From a virus: a stretch of DNA of 64,000 nt. A program made the position numbers and the translations under genes. The stretch spans positions 17,721 through 81,720 of the IMG/VR virus record IMGVR_UViG_3300021356_000010. One strand, given 5' to 3'. The notes under the pieces were generated by a model. The model was not told where the DNA came from. It worked only from the letters and a program-made list of their open reading frames with translations, and made no database searches. Numbering within the stretch: position 1 is the stretch's first letter; each line of letters begins with the position of its first letter. Positions 21,201-30,522 of the stretch are shown in pieces.

Positions 21201-24200
21201 TACATAATTTACAGTCTTTGATCCTTGTAGGGGATCCTGTATAATCTTGAAATACTTTCCGTCAGCATTTACAATGTCATTTCTGTCAAAGTAGAAGAAA
21301 TTTGTAAAATTAGTTCCTACTTTTTCACGATACGTATTACCTGCCAATCTAGATCCAAAACCAAATTTAAGATCAGTAAATGCTCCTGGGTTTCCTGGAA
21401 GAATTGTACTGTTGATCTTTTCTACTGTTACTAGATTGAACTTTCCACTTGGACTTACATCGAAGAAAGTTCCAGTCAGAGATGAGTGTGAAGTATCGAA
21501 AACATAACGATAATATTCCTGCAAATCAATGTTAGGATTGGGATCAAATGTTTGATTATCTTCAGAGAACTCAAACTTATAGTCAATGCCACTAACTGAT
21601 ACTACAGTAACAAGTCTATTAGGATTGCTTGAATCAAAGAATGTAGTGCTAAGAGCAACTGGGTTTGCAGTGCTCTTTATCGTTCCATAGTCAAATACAA
21701 TCGTAGCAGTTTGTGTGGATGGATTATAAGATTTGATGAAACCAGTTCCAACACCAGTTTGTACCTGATAGTTATCAGTAAAGTTATATCTTCCATTATA
21801 GAGAGATACTTTCTGCCCATCAAAGTGATCTACATCTTTTGTATTTTCTCTCGCTCTAATAACAGTGAGTTCTGTACCATTGATAGAAGAGATTTCTAGA
21901 ACTTCTTCTCCTATCTGTATCAAATCTCCTTCTGCATATCCTTTTGCATCTTTGACAATAACTTTACTGGATCCTGCTGCAAATCCAACATGATCAACAT
22001 ATAGAGTAAATCTTGCTGTGCTTAGTGATGCTAAAGATCTTGATAGACTCTCATCATCTACAGACAAGTAATCGCCTCTCTGATAATCTTTACCAAGAGA
22101 TTGGATTTGAATACTAGATACCAAACCAGCATCTGATACAGTAATAGTTGCTGTAGCACCAGATCCTGATCCACCAGTCAATGGCACATCTTGATATTGT
22201 CCTGGTGCATAATCTGCTCCACCATTTAAAATTGTAAATTTACCAATTCCAGTAAAATCAATTGTAGTATCAAATACAGGAGTCCTAAAAACAACTTCTT
22301 GATATAATCTCTTTCTCAGATAATATGTCTTGGTTTTTGTAGTATCGTCAGGATTTATATCAACAACTACATTATCACCAATACCCAAACCATGATTCTC
22401 ATCAGTCTCAATTAATGCTACATTTTGATTTACATCAAATGGTTCTAGGTCATCACTAAGGGATGTAAGACTTACAATCTTTGTTCCTGAGGTATTAAAT
22501 AAGTCACTTGATTGTAAGAAATAATCATCATCAACAATCCAAGTTCCTGTTAAAACTTTAATTCTAATGATATTTTGATTATTAGATCCATCCAATACCT
22601 CTGCTGTTGCAATTGGTGGATTGATACCATCAGTTAGAGAAAGAGTTGCTCCCTCTGTATATGTGCTATTCTTATCTAAGAAGAGAGTAAAGGTTTTGAT
22701 ATCTGCAGAGAAAGTGCCAGTGTTATTGAAAGTACCGATAACATTTCTTAGGACAATTATATTGTCGTTTTGTACAGTTCCAACAATGTCACCAGAAGCT
22801 CCAGATGCTGGTTGTCTTAGAGTATCATCTGCAAACAGGTATGCATTCTGAATTGTTGTGAGTTTTACAACTTTATCTTCTTTGCTTTCTAAGTAAGTTA
22901 CAGATTTGCCCTTAACAGAAGATACGGATGCTTCTGCACCAGATCCATCTGTACCTCTATTGTCAAAGTATAATTTAGAATTGATAGAGAAATTGCTTGA
23001 TGATCTATCAAGTAGAACATTATCAACTGTACCAGATTTTACTTCTGCTACTGTGGCAATGAGACCCTCGCCATTTCGTGGCATTCCTGGGAGATACAAT
23101 CTCTTTGCATCTTTTGGAATATCATTTTGATTGATGCCAGAATTGTAATTACTATCTACTGGTAGAGAATAATAGTTGTCACCTAGAACATATGGGAATT
23201 GCGGTATTTGATTGCTATTAATAGTAAGGAAATAAGCATAAGTTCCTTCTGGGAAATCTGGAGTGACGCAGAATCTTCCATTGTTTTCGTCTAGAGAACC
23301 GCTCTTGTGAGCATAGGTATAATCATTTGTAAATGTTCCTAATGCATACTCACTGGTTGAGGGACCACCAGATCTAGTGCCATTGAGAGAATAACTAGAA
23401 GTCATTCTTACAATAGAAGAGTTAGGATCTAGTGGGTCTTCATGACCAAATGGACCATAGATTGGATTGCCATCATAAGCAAAACCAATGATTGGAGAGT
23501 GTGTCTTTACAGCTGGTTCTGATCCAGCATTGTCAATATTGTCATTGAGACTAATACGAAGAGTTTTTGGATTTCCAACGTGACCATATCCATAGTCATT
23601 AGCAGGACTATAATTCTCAAATAGATGACCGTAGTCAGTATCTAAGTTATTGGATAACTTTTGGAATCTATTAAAGTTCCATTCTTTAAGAGAAGGAGTT
23701 CCACTAGCGTTTGATCCAACAGGAATAATATCTACAACTACAGAATCTTGATTGTAGAAGTTACCTTCTTCAATTTGGTCAAATCCAGTAATCTCTCCTG
23801 CACTATTGACAATTGCTTGATAGTTGGCAAATCTTCCTCTTCCTAGATTATCTCTGATATTGACAATTGGTGGAGATGAATAAAACTCTCCAGGGTCGTC
23901 AATTACCAGACTAGTAACTTTTCCTCCTGTTACAACTGCTCTGACTTTTGCACCTCTTCCAGAAGTGATTGTAATTTTTGGAGTTGAGATGAATGTCTCT
24001 TCAGTAGTTACTTCAATACTATCAACTACCTGACCAGCAAGGAATGCTCTTGCTTTGTTTGGCAGATCATCGATAAGGACAAATGGAGGTTTTGCATATC
24101 CATTACCCTGAGTATTGACATCAATTTTTTCTAATTTACCATACCTAACACTCTCAGGATCTTTATATCCGTAAATTGGAACACCGTTAAGTAGAATACC

Positions 24201-25766
24201 TACATCACGCTTTGGTGTCTTATAGATTTCTGTAGTGCTGGTTGCTTTCTGTCTAATAATTCTTAGGATCTTCTGATCAGCAACAGTTTCTGTAGTGATA
24301 GAACCATCTAAAATTTTGTAAGACGGGAAAGAAGAACTAGTAACATAGTAATACTGCTCATCTGCAAAAATAGCAGAAACGTCAGTAGAAACTTGATCTA
24401 ATGCTGTCGCAACATATGGAATAGTTGGAGAATTGACAGCACTGCCTTGAGAGAGCACCCATCTAGTCTGATTCGATCCTGTTTGTGTAATTTTTGGATC
24501 GGTAGTCTCGAATCCTGGATTTGATACTTGAATTCGATCACCTACTGAAGAGTATGGATTTCTTGCGACTGGTGCAAGACCATAGACTACACCAAATGTT
24601 AATAGTGTTACTCCAGACCCCTCAATGGTTACTGGTTTATATACTGAAGATCCTACTGCATGAGTGGTAGGAATGTCACCTCTTTCTTTGATGATAAACT
24701 GAGTTACATTCTTATCATCAAATTCGATAACTTCATCTCCAATCAGGAATGACCCTGTGGTCTCCCAACCAATTGTTGAAAATACATCAACTCTTTTTCC
24801 AACACCATAGGTCGAAGGAAGTTCTTTCTCTAGTCTAGTCTTAGTTGAGATCTCAAAGAGACCATTGACAGTCTCTGGAGCAACAACCAGATTCCAGATT
24901 TGTTCTCCATCACTGGTTCCCTCTGCATATACATTATCAATTATTGCAGAAGCATATCCGTATTCATCAGTTGGTTGCTGAACAATTTGCTTTCCAATAA
25001 GATTTTTTGGATCTCCTGTAACTACTTTTGCCTTGATAGCAAAAACATTATTCCAGTCAGACTTAGATGCTTTGTATGTAAAATCCTTAGGATTATAGAC
25101 TTCTGGTTTATTTTCAATATCTTTGGCGACAATAGTATTGAAAATAAATTTAATAGAACTATGTGTTCCCTTTGACTTGTAGAACTTCTGAATATTCTTA
25201 ATTAAAGTTCTCTTGTCAATCTCTCCTTTGAGATATTTCTCTGGAAAAGAACTTAGGTACTGACTTTCAAAATTTCTTACAAATGCATATAAGAAAAGGT
25301 TACTAACATTGAATACAGTTTCTCCAGACTGATGAGAAGATGCCTCAGTGCTGCTAAAATTAGAAGTGCTGTATAGATCTCCAAGTGTGGTGTTACCACT
25401 TACACCTCTGGAACAATCTAAAAACTGCGTGCTTGTTCTTGAGGTATAGAAAATAATCTCATCATTGATTCTGATATAACCATTCTTCTCTGGAAATGAA
25501 CTCGCATCATTTACAGTGATTGTTGTATCTGTAGCAGAAACTGTTACAGAAAGAATATCATTCTGCTTTAGTAGTTTCTTTTCGTAGAAATCAATGTCTG
25601 TATATTTTTGGATATTGTTAATAATATCCAAAGCACCGCCTTGTACTTCCTGTGCTTCATAATACTTCTGAACGAACTTAGAGAATAGTTCATATTCAGA
25701 AGCAATGAATTCAGGGAGCTGGGACTCAATTAGAGTTGAAATTCTCTTGGTCTTAACAGCAGCCAT
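15267..25766 (-). CDS. gp7: Baseplate wedge initiator gp7-like giant protein (3499 aa) with a YHYH-like domain and two phycobiliprotein-like helical domains
   Basis: Lies between gp6 and gp8; ISTLIESQLPEFI..F...YYE; IKNIQKFYKSKGT; DSFFYQDYSYVVKS...HPAGFKLFG; HSPIIGFAYDGNPIYGP...LDENNGRFCVTPDFPEGTYAYF. Confidence 0.8.
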   Translation of the reverse strand: MAAVKTKRISTLIESQLPEFIASEYELFSKFVQKYYEAQEVQGGALDIINNIQKYTDIDFYEKKLLKQNDILSVTVSATDTTITVNDASSFPEKNGYIRINDEIIFYTSRTSTQFLDCSRGVSGNTTLGDLYSTSNFSSTEASSHQSGETVFNVSNLFLYAFVRNFESQYLSSFPEKYLKGEIDKRTLIKNIQKFYKSKGTHSSIKFIFNTIVAKDIENKPEVYNPKDFTYKASKSDWNNVFAIKAKVVTGDPKNLIGKQIVQQPTDEYGYASAIIDNVYAEGTSDGEQIWNLVVAPETVNGLFEISTKTRLEKELPSTYGVGKRVDVFSTIGWETTGSFLIGDEVIEFDDKNVTQFIIKERGDIPTTHAVGSSVYKPVTIEGSGVTLLTFGVVYGLAPVARNPYSSVGDRIQVSNPGFETTDPKITQTGSNQTRWVLSQGSAVNSPTIPYVATALDQVSTDVSAIFADEQYYYVTSSSFPSYKILDGSITTETVADQKILRIIRQKATSTTEIYKTPKRDVGILLNGVPIYGYKDPESVRYGKLEKIDVNTQGNGYAKPPFVLIDDLPNKARAFLAGQVVDSIEVTTEETFISTPKITITSGRGAKVRAVVTGGKVTSLVIDDPGEFYSSPPIVNIRDNLGRGRFANYQAIVNSAGEITGFDQIEEGNFYNQDSVVVDIIPVGSNASGTPSLKEWNFNRFQKLSNNLDTDYGHLFENYSPANDYGYGHVGNPKTLRISLNDNIDNAGSEPAVKTHSPIIGFAYDGNPIYGPFGHEDPLDPNSSIVRMTSSYSLNGTRSGGPSTSEYALGTFTNDYTYAHKSGSLDENNGRFCVTPDFPEGTYAYFLTINSNQIPQFPYVLGDNYYSLPVDSNYNSGINQNDIPKDAKRLYLPGMPRNGEGLIATVAEVKSGTVDNVLLDRSSSNFSINSKLYFDNRGTDGSGAEASVSSVKGKSVTYLESKEDKVVKLTTIQNAYLFADDTLRQPASGASGDIVGTVQNDNIIVLRNVIGTFNNTGTFSADIKTFTLFLDKNSTYTEGATLSLTDGINPPIATAEVLDGSNNQNIIRIKVLTGTWIVDDDYFLQSSDLFNTSGTKIVSLTSLSDDLEPFDVNQNVALIETDENHGLGIGDNVVVDINPDDTTKTKTYYLRKRLYQEVVFRTPVFDTTIDFTGIGKFTILNGGADYAPGQYQDVPLTGGSGSGATATITVSDAGLVSSIQIQSLGKDYQRGDYLSVDDESLSRSLASLSTARFTLYVDHVGFAAGSSKVIVKDAKGYAEGDLIQIGEEVLEISSINGTELTVIRARENTKDVDHFDGQKVSLYNGRYNFTDNYQVQTGVGTGFIKSYNPSTQTATIVFDYGTIKSTANPVALSTTFFDSSNPNRLVTVVSVSGIDYKFEFSEDNQTFDPNPNIDLQEYYRYVFDTSHSSLTGTFFDVSPSGKFNLVTVEKINSTILPGNPGAFTDLKFGFGSRLAGNTYREKVGTNFTNFFYFDRNDIVNADGKYFKIIQDPLQGSKTVNYVTPNRFVYDLTSIPLWDGSGTITYTTSGQFAVGEINSINVSNLGLNYKKVPVILGCDLSSTFIAEATVLFDTATQTITGVDIDKKGSNYVNPKVVIIDGDGFDATFNVVARNGEIFSITVDNPGRGYTYAPTIQIIESDVEAYVDSNTIGTPQSINIFRNGGAYHLDKTVSSTFTTKYVISLKDFSGNFLKGEKVSQSINGIEVFRAKVAEWRSGSNLLKLDDVVGSIRNSVSIVGKISNSSGMVRTVYVTSLTEEIASFYDNIGSYQSDRGKLGVANQKLTDSFFYQDYSYVVKSKTPIDQWRDLIKSTTHPAGFKLFGQVDIESDAEIRMPAQSPKSDNFTIIQLWDPEKNKISVESTRRIVTQTVTSSKSTKEIKGVGTAHASEFNFSETRAFEVTLADPFNGVNGVDATTGYTGGAENVGQKIFQLLDDQGNPFTPVSAKNLIITLNGILQEPEVSYTVSGDKIVFSQAPLGPSSKLTGTNLTDLTSYDGTVFYGRYIEFKDNQYNNQYFKKLRNIFQRNGRWLDAANQIERNREFIVEEAVGYGREKHPNLDWSTKIDDYLEDVGFIIDAYEHDVRFGGNIKTVDYLSIFNSDDDYNYITTNKTESLDIFKYATNLAKLAVRNWDIVEENVAYIQGSRQVTVANTNNLAIGMFISSGTAFASGTKIVSIDSDTQVTLNNAALANSGGGGGAAAGVTDLNGSTGGSDYIIPTSTGAVQPGNQYAVDPGDVLQAPISFSASDSATFYFSGINNGTFWDASDLIAGNKEYFKEEIAGWFAAQYPNVTWTDLVKDIDTYVDATVYHLRLGGNFKIVDFAQLYYERNLYPYPEQLKAGVSPAEFAGAYNELKVLMVDAMRNNLGIGTYTSIPPFTDSTVATDTSFPYCAQVESSLNNFYSIINTILNEGKGLIEKTNINSNYAGNWSRTLTYSNYNIIPDPLLTAQECNDVISSVDSLFNNVSDILNGTSVTRSTPDFLDGETTTFDMYWDDDTEVNTEEDEDLFLTLNAVLQRPKYTESYPLSDAYYIDRTTIPNKLVFDVAPIWDQDFSAKSIGEPTAVELVAGVGVGNYKRLTIDYALVDEVRGGPFLILDVEDNTSQEIEQQDYLFVFLDGVLQRREYSYSVAGSTISFNVPIKKDTKIDMRYLYGRDLDQIINFHDFNQDTFYAQGTVTFDVASGATELLNWIGLNSSESFHAWQVNPNGSFNVIGQLTNPSQSSNILTFTLEGQKCDLIQGVDVVVGIKGDYSNNRIIGLNSSGSSISYVTDEDGRLKLAYPVSENAWRGTFIGKYYRDPFVSLSDEDYVRIEGESDFRRVKKAPETTTSKEHRNQGYVSGSNFGIAQVEAYNGVTRGEGLSIVAKIENGSVVSLEWNQRSYDPLTQPTAYQYYTPPVLHFIPKNGNGGGAKAVVLVSKGQVISVDLLEGGSGYTEAPRVVVARRYEILQGRGFGVSTINGGINSTLPAFIMSSSSTITELGNQVPGVESFTTILFESPRDLDRVIECEIYLEENVGTGLTAGVNSITTLSGGVGTIVTVTASTAPNEYVSIISGRVDDIISTSSLISSREVTSIVTNQIDNTDINAGHYHSVGAFLSIDLDPTDNIVFVPDVTKFSSNGYLQIGTEVVRYYRKGFGRFLNVQRGQEGTTAQLHPAGTFVLQIPDPVSVAYGGVTRIESDSQVVTMRIASDVRTTERVTGIQVITPDVTIENTSTVTVVGVEISAFVDSITSVVIPPGERVVSLEITADQTNFLSSSSTQVSNSVLSVQSNSQLRKETLEVLLFTPPSGVIDGYEESVIFSDPILTRAGFIDIPEPYTVTQRNGNIVAITNASGASTEYVGQYTTGNAGPTLKNFDQILDDGVCDVSGLSLLDIEFYYPNLTINDFVERANSSYTLAGDYFNLATASIQNPVAISDTQGLIPSTINVLGSTTYFPSEGYLFTSTGAVIQYTGTTANSFTGCTLYSGINSINRLDELIPFSIS

Positions 25767-25770
25767 TTAC

Positions 25771-27564
25771 TTACTCTTTATATGCGGTGAAACTTGAATT
25801 CGCTACATCAACGTCCAGATAGACCTCACGGAGTGCCTGAACATCATTAGATAGTGGTTTTACTCTAACTGAGATGCGGTTGTCAAAGAAACTACCTTTG
25901 ATGATAGTCAAATCATACATTTTAAGCTCACCTCTAACATAATCAATGTCTCCAACATCCTTGTTGAGAACAACTTTTTCGCCAGTTACAGTGTCTAGTC
26001 TATATAGGACAATTTTGCCATCCCTATCTTCAACATAGACATCAAAAGTAGGATATTCAGTTACCCTAAATCCTGTGCTGGAGAGAGTTGGTCCATCACA
26101 TTCTTCATCAAAAGCATTCTGGAAACATATCTCATAATAGAATGTAGAATTCAACTGAGGATAGAAATCTTTCCTCATTGTCACTTCTGTTAAGTTGGAG
26201 TTGATAGTGCGATCTGCATCATCAATCACACCAACAAATTTACTGTATCTAAATTTACCGTTGAACTTTTCTGTATCAGAGTTTGTAGTATAGGTTTGCA
26301 CAGATCCAATAACTTTGTCTCTAATCTGTGAAGGTGTCTGATCTGTAACGTTTCCATTATAATAGATCTTACTCGATAGTTCAACATAGAGTATAGAAGG
26401 ATCTACAATAACTGGTTCTACAGAAGCAACAACATATTTCTTCAATTCATCAGTGATTTGCTTCTTCGTTAATGAAGTCAAGTAAGAAGCATCAACTGGT
26501 TTTAATACAATGAATACTTTTCCATACTCTGGTGGATCTTGATCCTCTCCACCAAATGTAATGATATCACTAACTGATGGATATATCTTACGAACGATAG
26601 CAGCATAGTCATCAGAGGTAACTGCACGATCCTGAGTCCCATAAGTCTTTGGAGCATTGAACTTAATGCTCTTTACAGACTCTGGCAATTCTCCACCAGA
26701 AGATGCAACACTAGAATCAATAGTTACATTAGTAACAGGAGTAAATCCAATTGTATTTTCTAATACACCAGAGAATACAAAACTCTTAACTCCGTTTGAG
26801 TCTGGTCCAGAAGTGGTTAGGTAAGACACTTCCACTCTCGCACCATTCTCTAGTGCCTTACCTAAAACTCCATCACCAAATATCATCTCATATCTGTCAT
26901 CCTCGGTTTCTTCTAAGAAGAAGATCTTCGAGTTTCCGTCAATGCCAAGAATATTTTCTGCTAACAGATAAGGTTCGTTAAACGTTCCGCCAGTTGGATA
27001 AACCTTAACTCTGATAGTATTAGCATCGATGCTTTGGTTATCAAGAATAAATCTCTGTGAAGACAGTGAAGTATCAACAGTAAAGTTACTGACAACTACA
27101 GTTCCTTCTCTAATTTCTACATCAGTAAATACTGCACGATCATTTGCTACTTGTGCTTTCGTATCTTCAACAGTAACATACTGATAGATTGTATTGTCAT
27201 AGTTGGCAATAAATCCTGTTCCTCTTTTTAGGATTAGTTCAGTATCAGTTGTTGGGTTTGAATATGTTGCAGTAAAAGAAATTGAGGCAGCAGGAGAAGT
27301 GATACTCTTGGGTCTGTATCCTAATTGCTTCGCAATCGCTACTACGTTGTCCCTGAGGGTCGCTGAATCAATGAATAGTTCATTGACCACCATATTGGTG
27401 TTAAACGCCGTGTAGTAGGTGTTATAGGCAAGAGTATCAATCAACGTTGATAATGCCGATCCCTCAAAATCATAATCAGTGAAATCAGAATTTGCCCTGA
27501 GGTAATCCTTCAGAGCTGCTTTGATATCTTCAAAGTCTAAATTGGCAACCTGAGTATATGGCAT
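25771..27564 (-). CDS. gp6: Baseplate wedge subunit gp6
   Basis: LDFEDIKAALKDYL..FTDYDFEGSALS.LID.LAYNTYY; ESVKSIKFNAP...QDRAVTSDDY. Confidence 0.95.
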   Translation of the reverse strand: MPYTQVANLDFEDIKAALKDYLRANSDFTDYDFEGSALSTLIDTLAYNTYYTAFNTNMVVNELFIDSATLRDNVVAIAKQLGYRPKSITSPAASISFTATYSNPTTDTELILKRGTGFIANYDNTIYQYVTVEDTKAQVANDRAVFTDVEIREGTVVVSNFTVDTSLSSQRFILDNQSIDANTIRVKVYPTGGTFNEPYLLAENILGIDGNSKIFFLEETEDDRYEMIFGDGVLGKALENGARVEVSYLTTSGPDSNGVKSFVFSGVLENTIGFTPVTNVTIDSSVASSGGELPESVKSIKFNAPKTYGTQDRAVTSDDYAAIVRKIYPSVSDIITFGGEDQDPPEYGKVFIVLKPVDASYLTSLTKKQITDELKKYVVASVEPVIVDPSILYVELSSKIYYNGNVTDQTPSQIRDKVIGSVQTYTTNSDTEKFNGKFRYSKFVGVIDDADRTINSNLTEVTMRKDFYPQLNSTFYYEICFQNAFDEECDGPTLSSTGFRVTEYPTFDVYVEDRDGKIVLYRLDTVTGEKVVLNKDVGDIDYVRGELKMYDLTIIKGSFFDNRISVRVKPLSNDVQALREVYLDVDVANSSFTAYKE

Positions 27565-27956
27565 TATCGTGTGCGCTCTAGAAAGATGTCTACAGTTACT
27601 GGTGCATCATCTCGACCAACAATAGTGTAAGAAATTTCAACGTCATATCCGTTATTCAGTTGATCTGGATAAACACGGATCGTATTAACCGTAATTCGTG
27701 GTTCATACTTCTTAAGTGTATCCGTGATTTCTGAACGAATAATACCAGCAGACGCAAAATCTAGGGGTTCGAACAATACATTTCGTAGTCCGCACCCCAG
27801 ATCTGGTTGAAATGGTCTTTCACCTTTATTTGTAAGAAGCAAATTGGAGATTGACTGCACGATAGCCGCCTTATCCTTTACACTAACAATATCGTCAGTG
27901 ACAGGATGCTTCTTAAACGTAACACTCAAATCTTTGAATGTCTGAAAGGTTGGCAT
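27564..27956 (-). CDS. gp25: Baseplate wedge subunit gp25
   Basis: FKDLS..F.KHPVT.D...AIVQSISNLLLT.KGERPFQPDLGC...LFE...YEPRI. Confidence 0.95.
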   Translation of the reverse strand: MPTFQTFKDLSVTFKKHPVTDDIVSVKDKAAIVQSISNLLLTNKGERPFQPDLGCGLRNVLFEPLDFASAGIIRSEITDTLKKYEPRITVNTIRVYPDQLNNGYDVEISYTIVGRDDAPVTVDIFLERTR

Positions 27957-27980
27957 TTAGACACAGCAGTAGGCTGTTTC

Positions 27981-27987
27981 TATTTAT
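27981..27987 (-). promoter_or_regulatory. Late promoter (ATAAATA) for the gp25-gp6-gp7 operon
   Basis: GATAAATAG about 25 nt upstream of the gp25 ATG. Confidence 0.6.
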
Positions 27988-28157
27988 CACTTGCCGCAGA
28001 ATCCGTCCGCCCACTCCTCTTGATTGTCAAAGATTTCTCCCTCCTTGACATCTTTCATCTTCCTTGCTTTTCTCAAATACTTTTCACTATCTACTTCAGT
28101 GATTAGAGTCATTCCCGATTCTCTAAAATCTTCACTCTTGTCCACTCTCTTGTCCAT
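27987..28157 (-). CDS. Small hypothetical protein (56 aa, MDKRVDKSEDFRESGMTLITEVDS...)
   Basis: Start moved to the ATG at 28157 to minimise overlap with the upstream gene. Confidence 0.65.
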   Translation of the reverse strand: MDKRVDKSEDFRESGMTLITEVDSEKYLRKARKMKDVKEGEIFDNQEEWADGFCGK

Positions 28158-28821
28158 TTGTGGTCTCCGTCCGTAGTTTTCGCTCAGCATTAGTTTCCCA
28201 AAAATAATTATCAGTGTCTCCAAGGCGTCCCCAGTCGATTCCTGCCTCTACTTGGTATTCTATGGTAGAAACCTTGAAGTCAGGGAACTTGGGGTCCTCA
28301 GGGGTTATAGAGAGGTCATACAGACGCATCCTATTGTTAGGATACAATGCATACTGACCATTGTTCAATGCAATACAATTATGAGATTTGTGCTCTTGTG
28401 GCACTTCACTTACATTATTATCTATTACATCAGGATTTGCATGATAGTTGTCTAGTGTGAATAGATACTGCCCTCTCATCAGTCCATGATCACGAGTAAA
28501 GACCTCGCAATCCATGGATGCAACAAAACCTTTGTTCATGGCAGTAACACCATAGTCCATGCAATTCCAAAATTGTAGATTCTCCAAACTCATGTCTATG
28601 ACTGGGGTTTCGGGGGATCGTACAAACGCACTAATAGGAAGTTTGTCATACATCGCACCATACTCTGGTAGGTACGTCTCAAAATAAAAAGCACGCCCAG
28701 GTATGCTCTTAGCACATACCCAGACGCCCTCTACAAACTCCCCATGACCGTCTTGATGGTCACGTAAATATTCTTTACGTACCCAAACTTTCTCAGCAGG
28801 AAGATTGCAAATTAAATTCAT
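28132..28821 (-). CDS. Conserved cyanomyovirus hypothetical protein (229 aa)
   Basis: NLPAEKVWVRKEYL...LPISAF...YLFTLD...EHKSHN..LNNGQYALYPNNR; ATGA-coupled to the upstream ORF. Confidence 0.8.
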   Translation of the reverse strand: MNLICNLPAEKVWVRKEYLRDHQDGHGEFVEGVWVCAKSIPGRAFYFETYLPEYGAMYDKLPISAFVRSPETPVIDMSLENLQFWNCMDYGVTAMNKGFVASMDCEVFTRDHGLMRGQYLFTLDNYHANPDVIDNNVSEVPQEHKSHNCIALNNGQYALYPNNRMRLYDLSITPEDPKFPDFKVSTIEYQVEAGIDWGRLGDTDNYFWETNAERKLRTETTNGQESGQE

Positions 28822-28964
28822 CTACCTTGACCGCGATAACGCTTCTTGGCACCGTTACGACTGCTAGCAGACAACTTCGTGTGCTTTCCTTGACCTTGAC
28901 GTGTTTTTTTCGGGGTGCTTTCAATGACCTTTTGACCAGAAAGACCAACTTTGCTTCGTGCCAT
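28818..28964 (-). CDS. Small basic protein (48 aa) not in the ORF track
   Basis: Translated by hand: MARSKVGLSGQKVIESTPKKTRQGQGKHTKLSASSRNGAKKRYRGQGR*; ATGA overlap with the next gene; TATAAT about 25 nt upstream. Confidence 0.75.
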   Translation of the reverse strand: MARSKVGLSGQKVIESTPKKTRQGQGKHTKLSASSRNGAKKRYRGQGR

Positions 28965-28999
28965 AGTGTTTTATCAATTGACTCTAGTATTATAGCATA

Positions 29000-29416
29000 T
29001 TATGCTGCTGGTGGTGGGGTAGCAGGTGGTTCTGGTTCTGGAAAAGAAACCTCACCATCAGAGATTACACCAACCACTGGTGTTGCATCACCCATGAAGA
29101 CCGTATGCGACCCTGTAAGGAGCAGAGACCCCACTCCAATGCCTGGAGGTAGTGCAACTATCTCACTCTCGATTTGCATCGCTGCAGGGGCACCATTGAT
29201 CCATACAGTAGGATGTCCTGATATGATTACATCAGCATGTAATGGTGGTGGAGGAATCATAGGAACAGTATGCTCCACAAATGTATTCCCACCATGATGT
29301 GCTGCTAATCCATTAATAATCACATTTGCAGAAACGCCCGCTGGTGCTGGTTTCGGCACAGGAACTGGATGTATATCATGGTTGCAATAAGCACCAAGCA
29401 ATCCAATTGGTTTCAT
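29000..29416 (-). CDS. PAAR-like spike tip protein (gp5.4-like), proline-rich
   Basis: SANVIINGLAAHH.G..F..H, H...ISGHPTVWINGAPAA and TGSHTVFMG repeats. Confidence 0.8.
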   Translation of the reverse strand: MKPIGLLGAYCNHDIHPVPVPKPAPAGVSANVIINGLAAHHGGNTFVEHTVPMIPPPPLHADVIISGHPTVWINGAPAAMQIESEIVALPPGIGVGSLLLTGSHTVFMGDATPVVGVISDGEVSFPEPEPPATPPPAA

Positions 29417-30522
29417 GCGTCTGGTTGGTTGATTGCTGCTCTATTTAGAAGGTACTGTATTCTCTCAGCAGGGATTTCTCCGTTATATCTCACTGGAAGA
29501 TAGAAATACCAAATATTGTTCGATAAATTAGAACCAAGGGTCTCTAACGCGATTTGTGCATAGTCTGCTAATCCTGTTGCAACATCATCAGGGAATGGTT
29601 CATCAGGTACAACAACAGTTACTGCAGATACTTTGATCGTAAATACAACAGTGTCTAATTCACTCGTCTTAAATTCTTGGAATGTGCCAATTTGTGGTTT
29701 TCCCTCATCATTGAACTTTGTTAGGTTATCCCAATTCTCATTACCCCAAAGTCGCGCTTCAGTTATGTCGGAACTCATTGCCCATTGTTGATATGCACTG
29801 CTCGGCGTTAGGTGCGTTAAATTACCTGGATACCCTCCATTCTCTTCAATCTCAAACGGCGTCCCCGCTTCTGGTAACTCTGCAGGACTCTGTGTCCATA
29901 TACCATCACCCCTTACTCTAGTAACCTCGGTGTACTCATAGTCACCCCCTGCTAACCCTGGCATGTTATACTGAGGTGCTTTGATATACGTCATCTCCTG
30001 ATCATAAAAAGCATACTCGGTGATCCTCCCACTGATGGCAGAAATACCTACATATCCCAGAAACAAAACTGGTGGTACAACATTCTGAGTAACCACAATG
30101 CCTGGGTCGATATTGACGCCTACAAGACCTCCTCCCCATCCCCATGCCTCGCTTTGGATCTGATCATCATAATATGTCTGCTCCCACTCTGGAAGACCCT
30201 CCTCAGGGTCTCTAGGCCATAAATCAATCCTCTCTATAGTAGTCACCGTAGAGACTACCCTCTCATCCTCAAAGACTGGAATCATCCAAATCTGAGTACT
30301 CTCGATCTCCTCCCACGTAAGCCACGGTGGAGTCTGAGAAATTAATCCAAGTTGGAGCGTACCATCGATAATTGTCTGCGAGTCCTTTGGATAAAATCTC
30401 CCAGCATAAAATGGTACTCCATTCTTTTCTGTGAGCTCATTGAGTTTCGGTAAGTCCGCTAACTCGATGGGTCCTATACCGCCCATTGACGGTGCTAAGA
30501 AATTTATCCAGGGTACTGCCAT
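29413..30522 (-). CDS. Hypothetical acidic protein (369 aa), probably structural
   Basis: Long ORF translationally coupled to the PAAR gene, downstream of a late promoter. Confidence 0.7.
   Translation of the reverse strand: MAVPWINFLAPSMGGIGPIELADLPKLNELTEKNGVPFYAGRFYPKDSQTIIDGTLQLGLISQTPPWLTWEEIESTQIWMIPVFEDERVVSTVTTIERIDLWPRDPEEGLPEWEQTYYDDQIQSEAWGWGGGLVGVNIDPGIVVTQNVVPPVLFLGYVGISAISGRITEYAFYDQEMTYIKAPQYNMPGLAGGDYEYTEVTRVRGDGIWTQSPAELPEAGTPFEIEENGGYPGNLTHLTPSSAYQQWAMSSDITEARLWGNENWDNLTKFNDEGKPQIGTFQEFKTSELDTVVFTIKVSAVTVVVPDEPFPDDVATGLADYAQIALETLGSNLSNNIWYFYLPVRYNGEIPAERIQYLLNRAAINQPDA

Noticed and set aside
5230-25766. Inteins or homing endonucleases explaining the giant ORF sizes
   Set aside because: No splice-junction (C...HN), LAGLIDADG or HNH motifs were recognised; the size is explained by fibre repeats.
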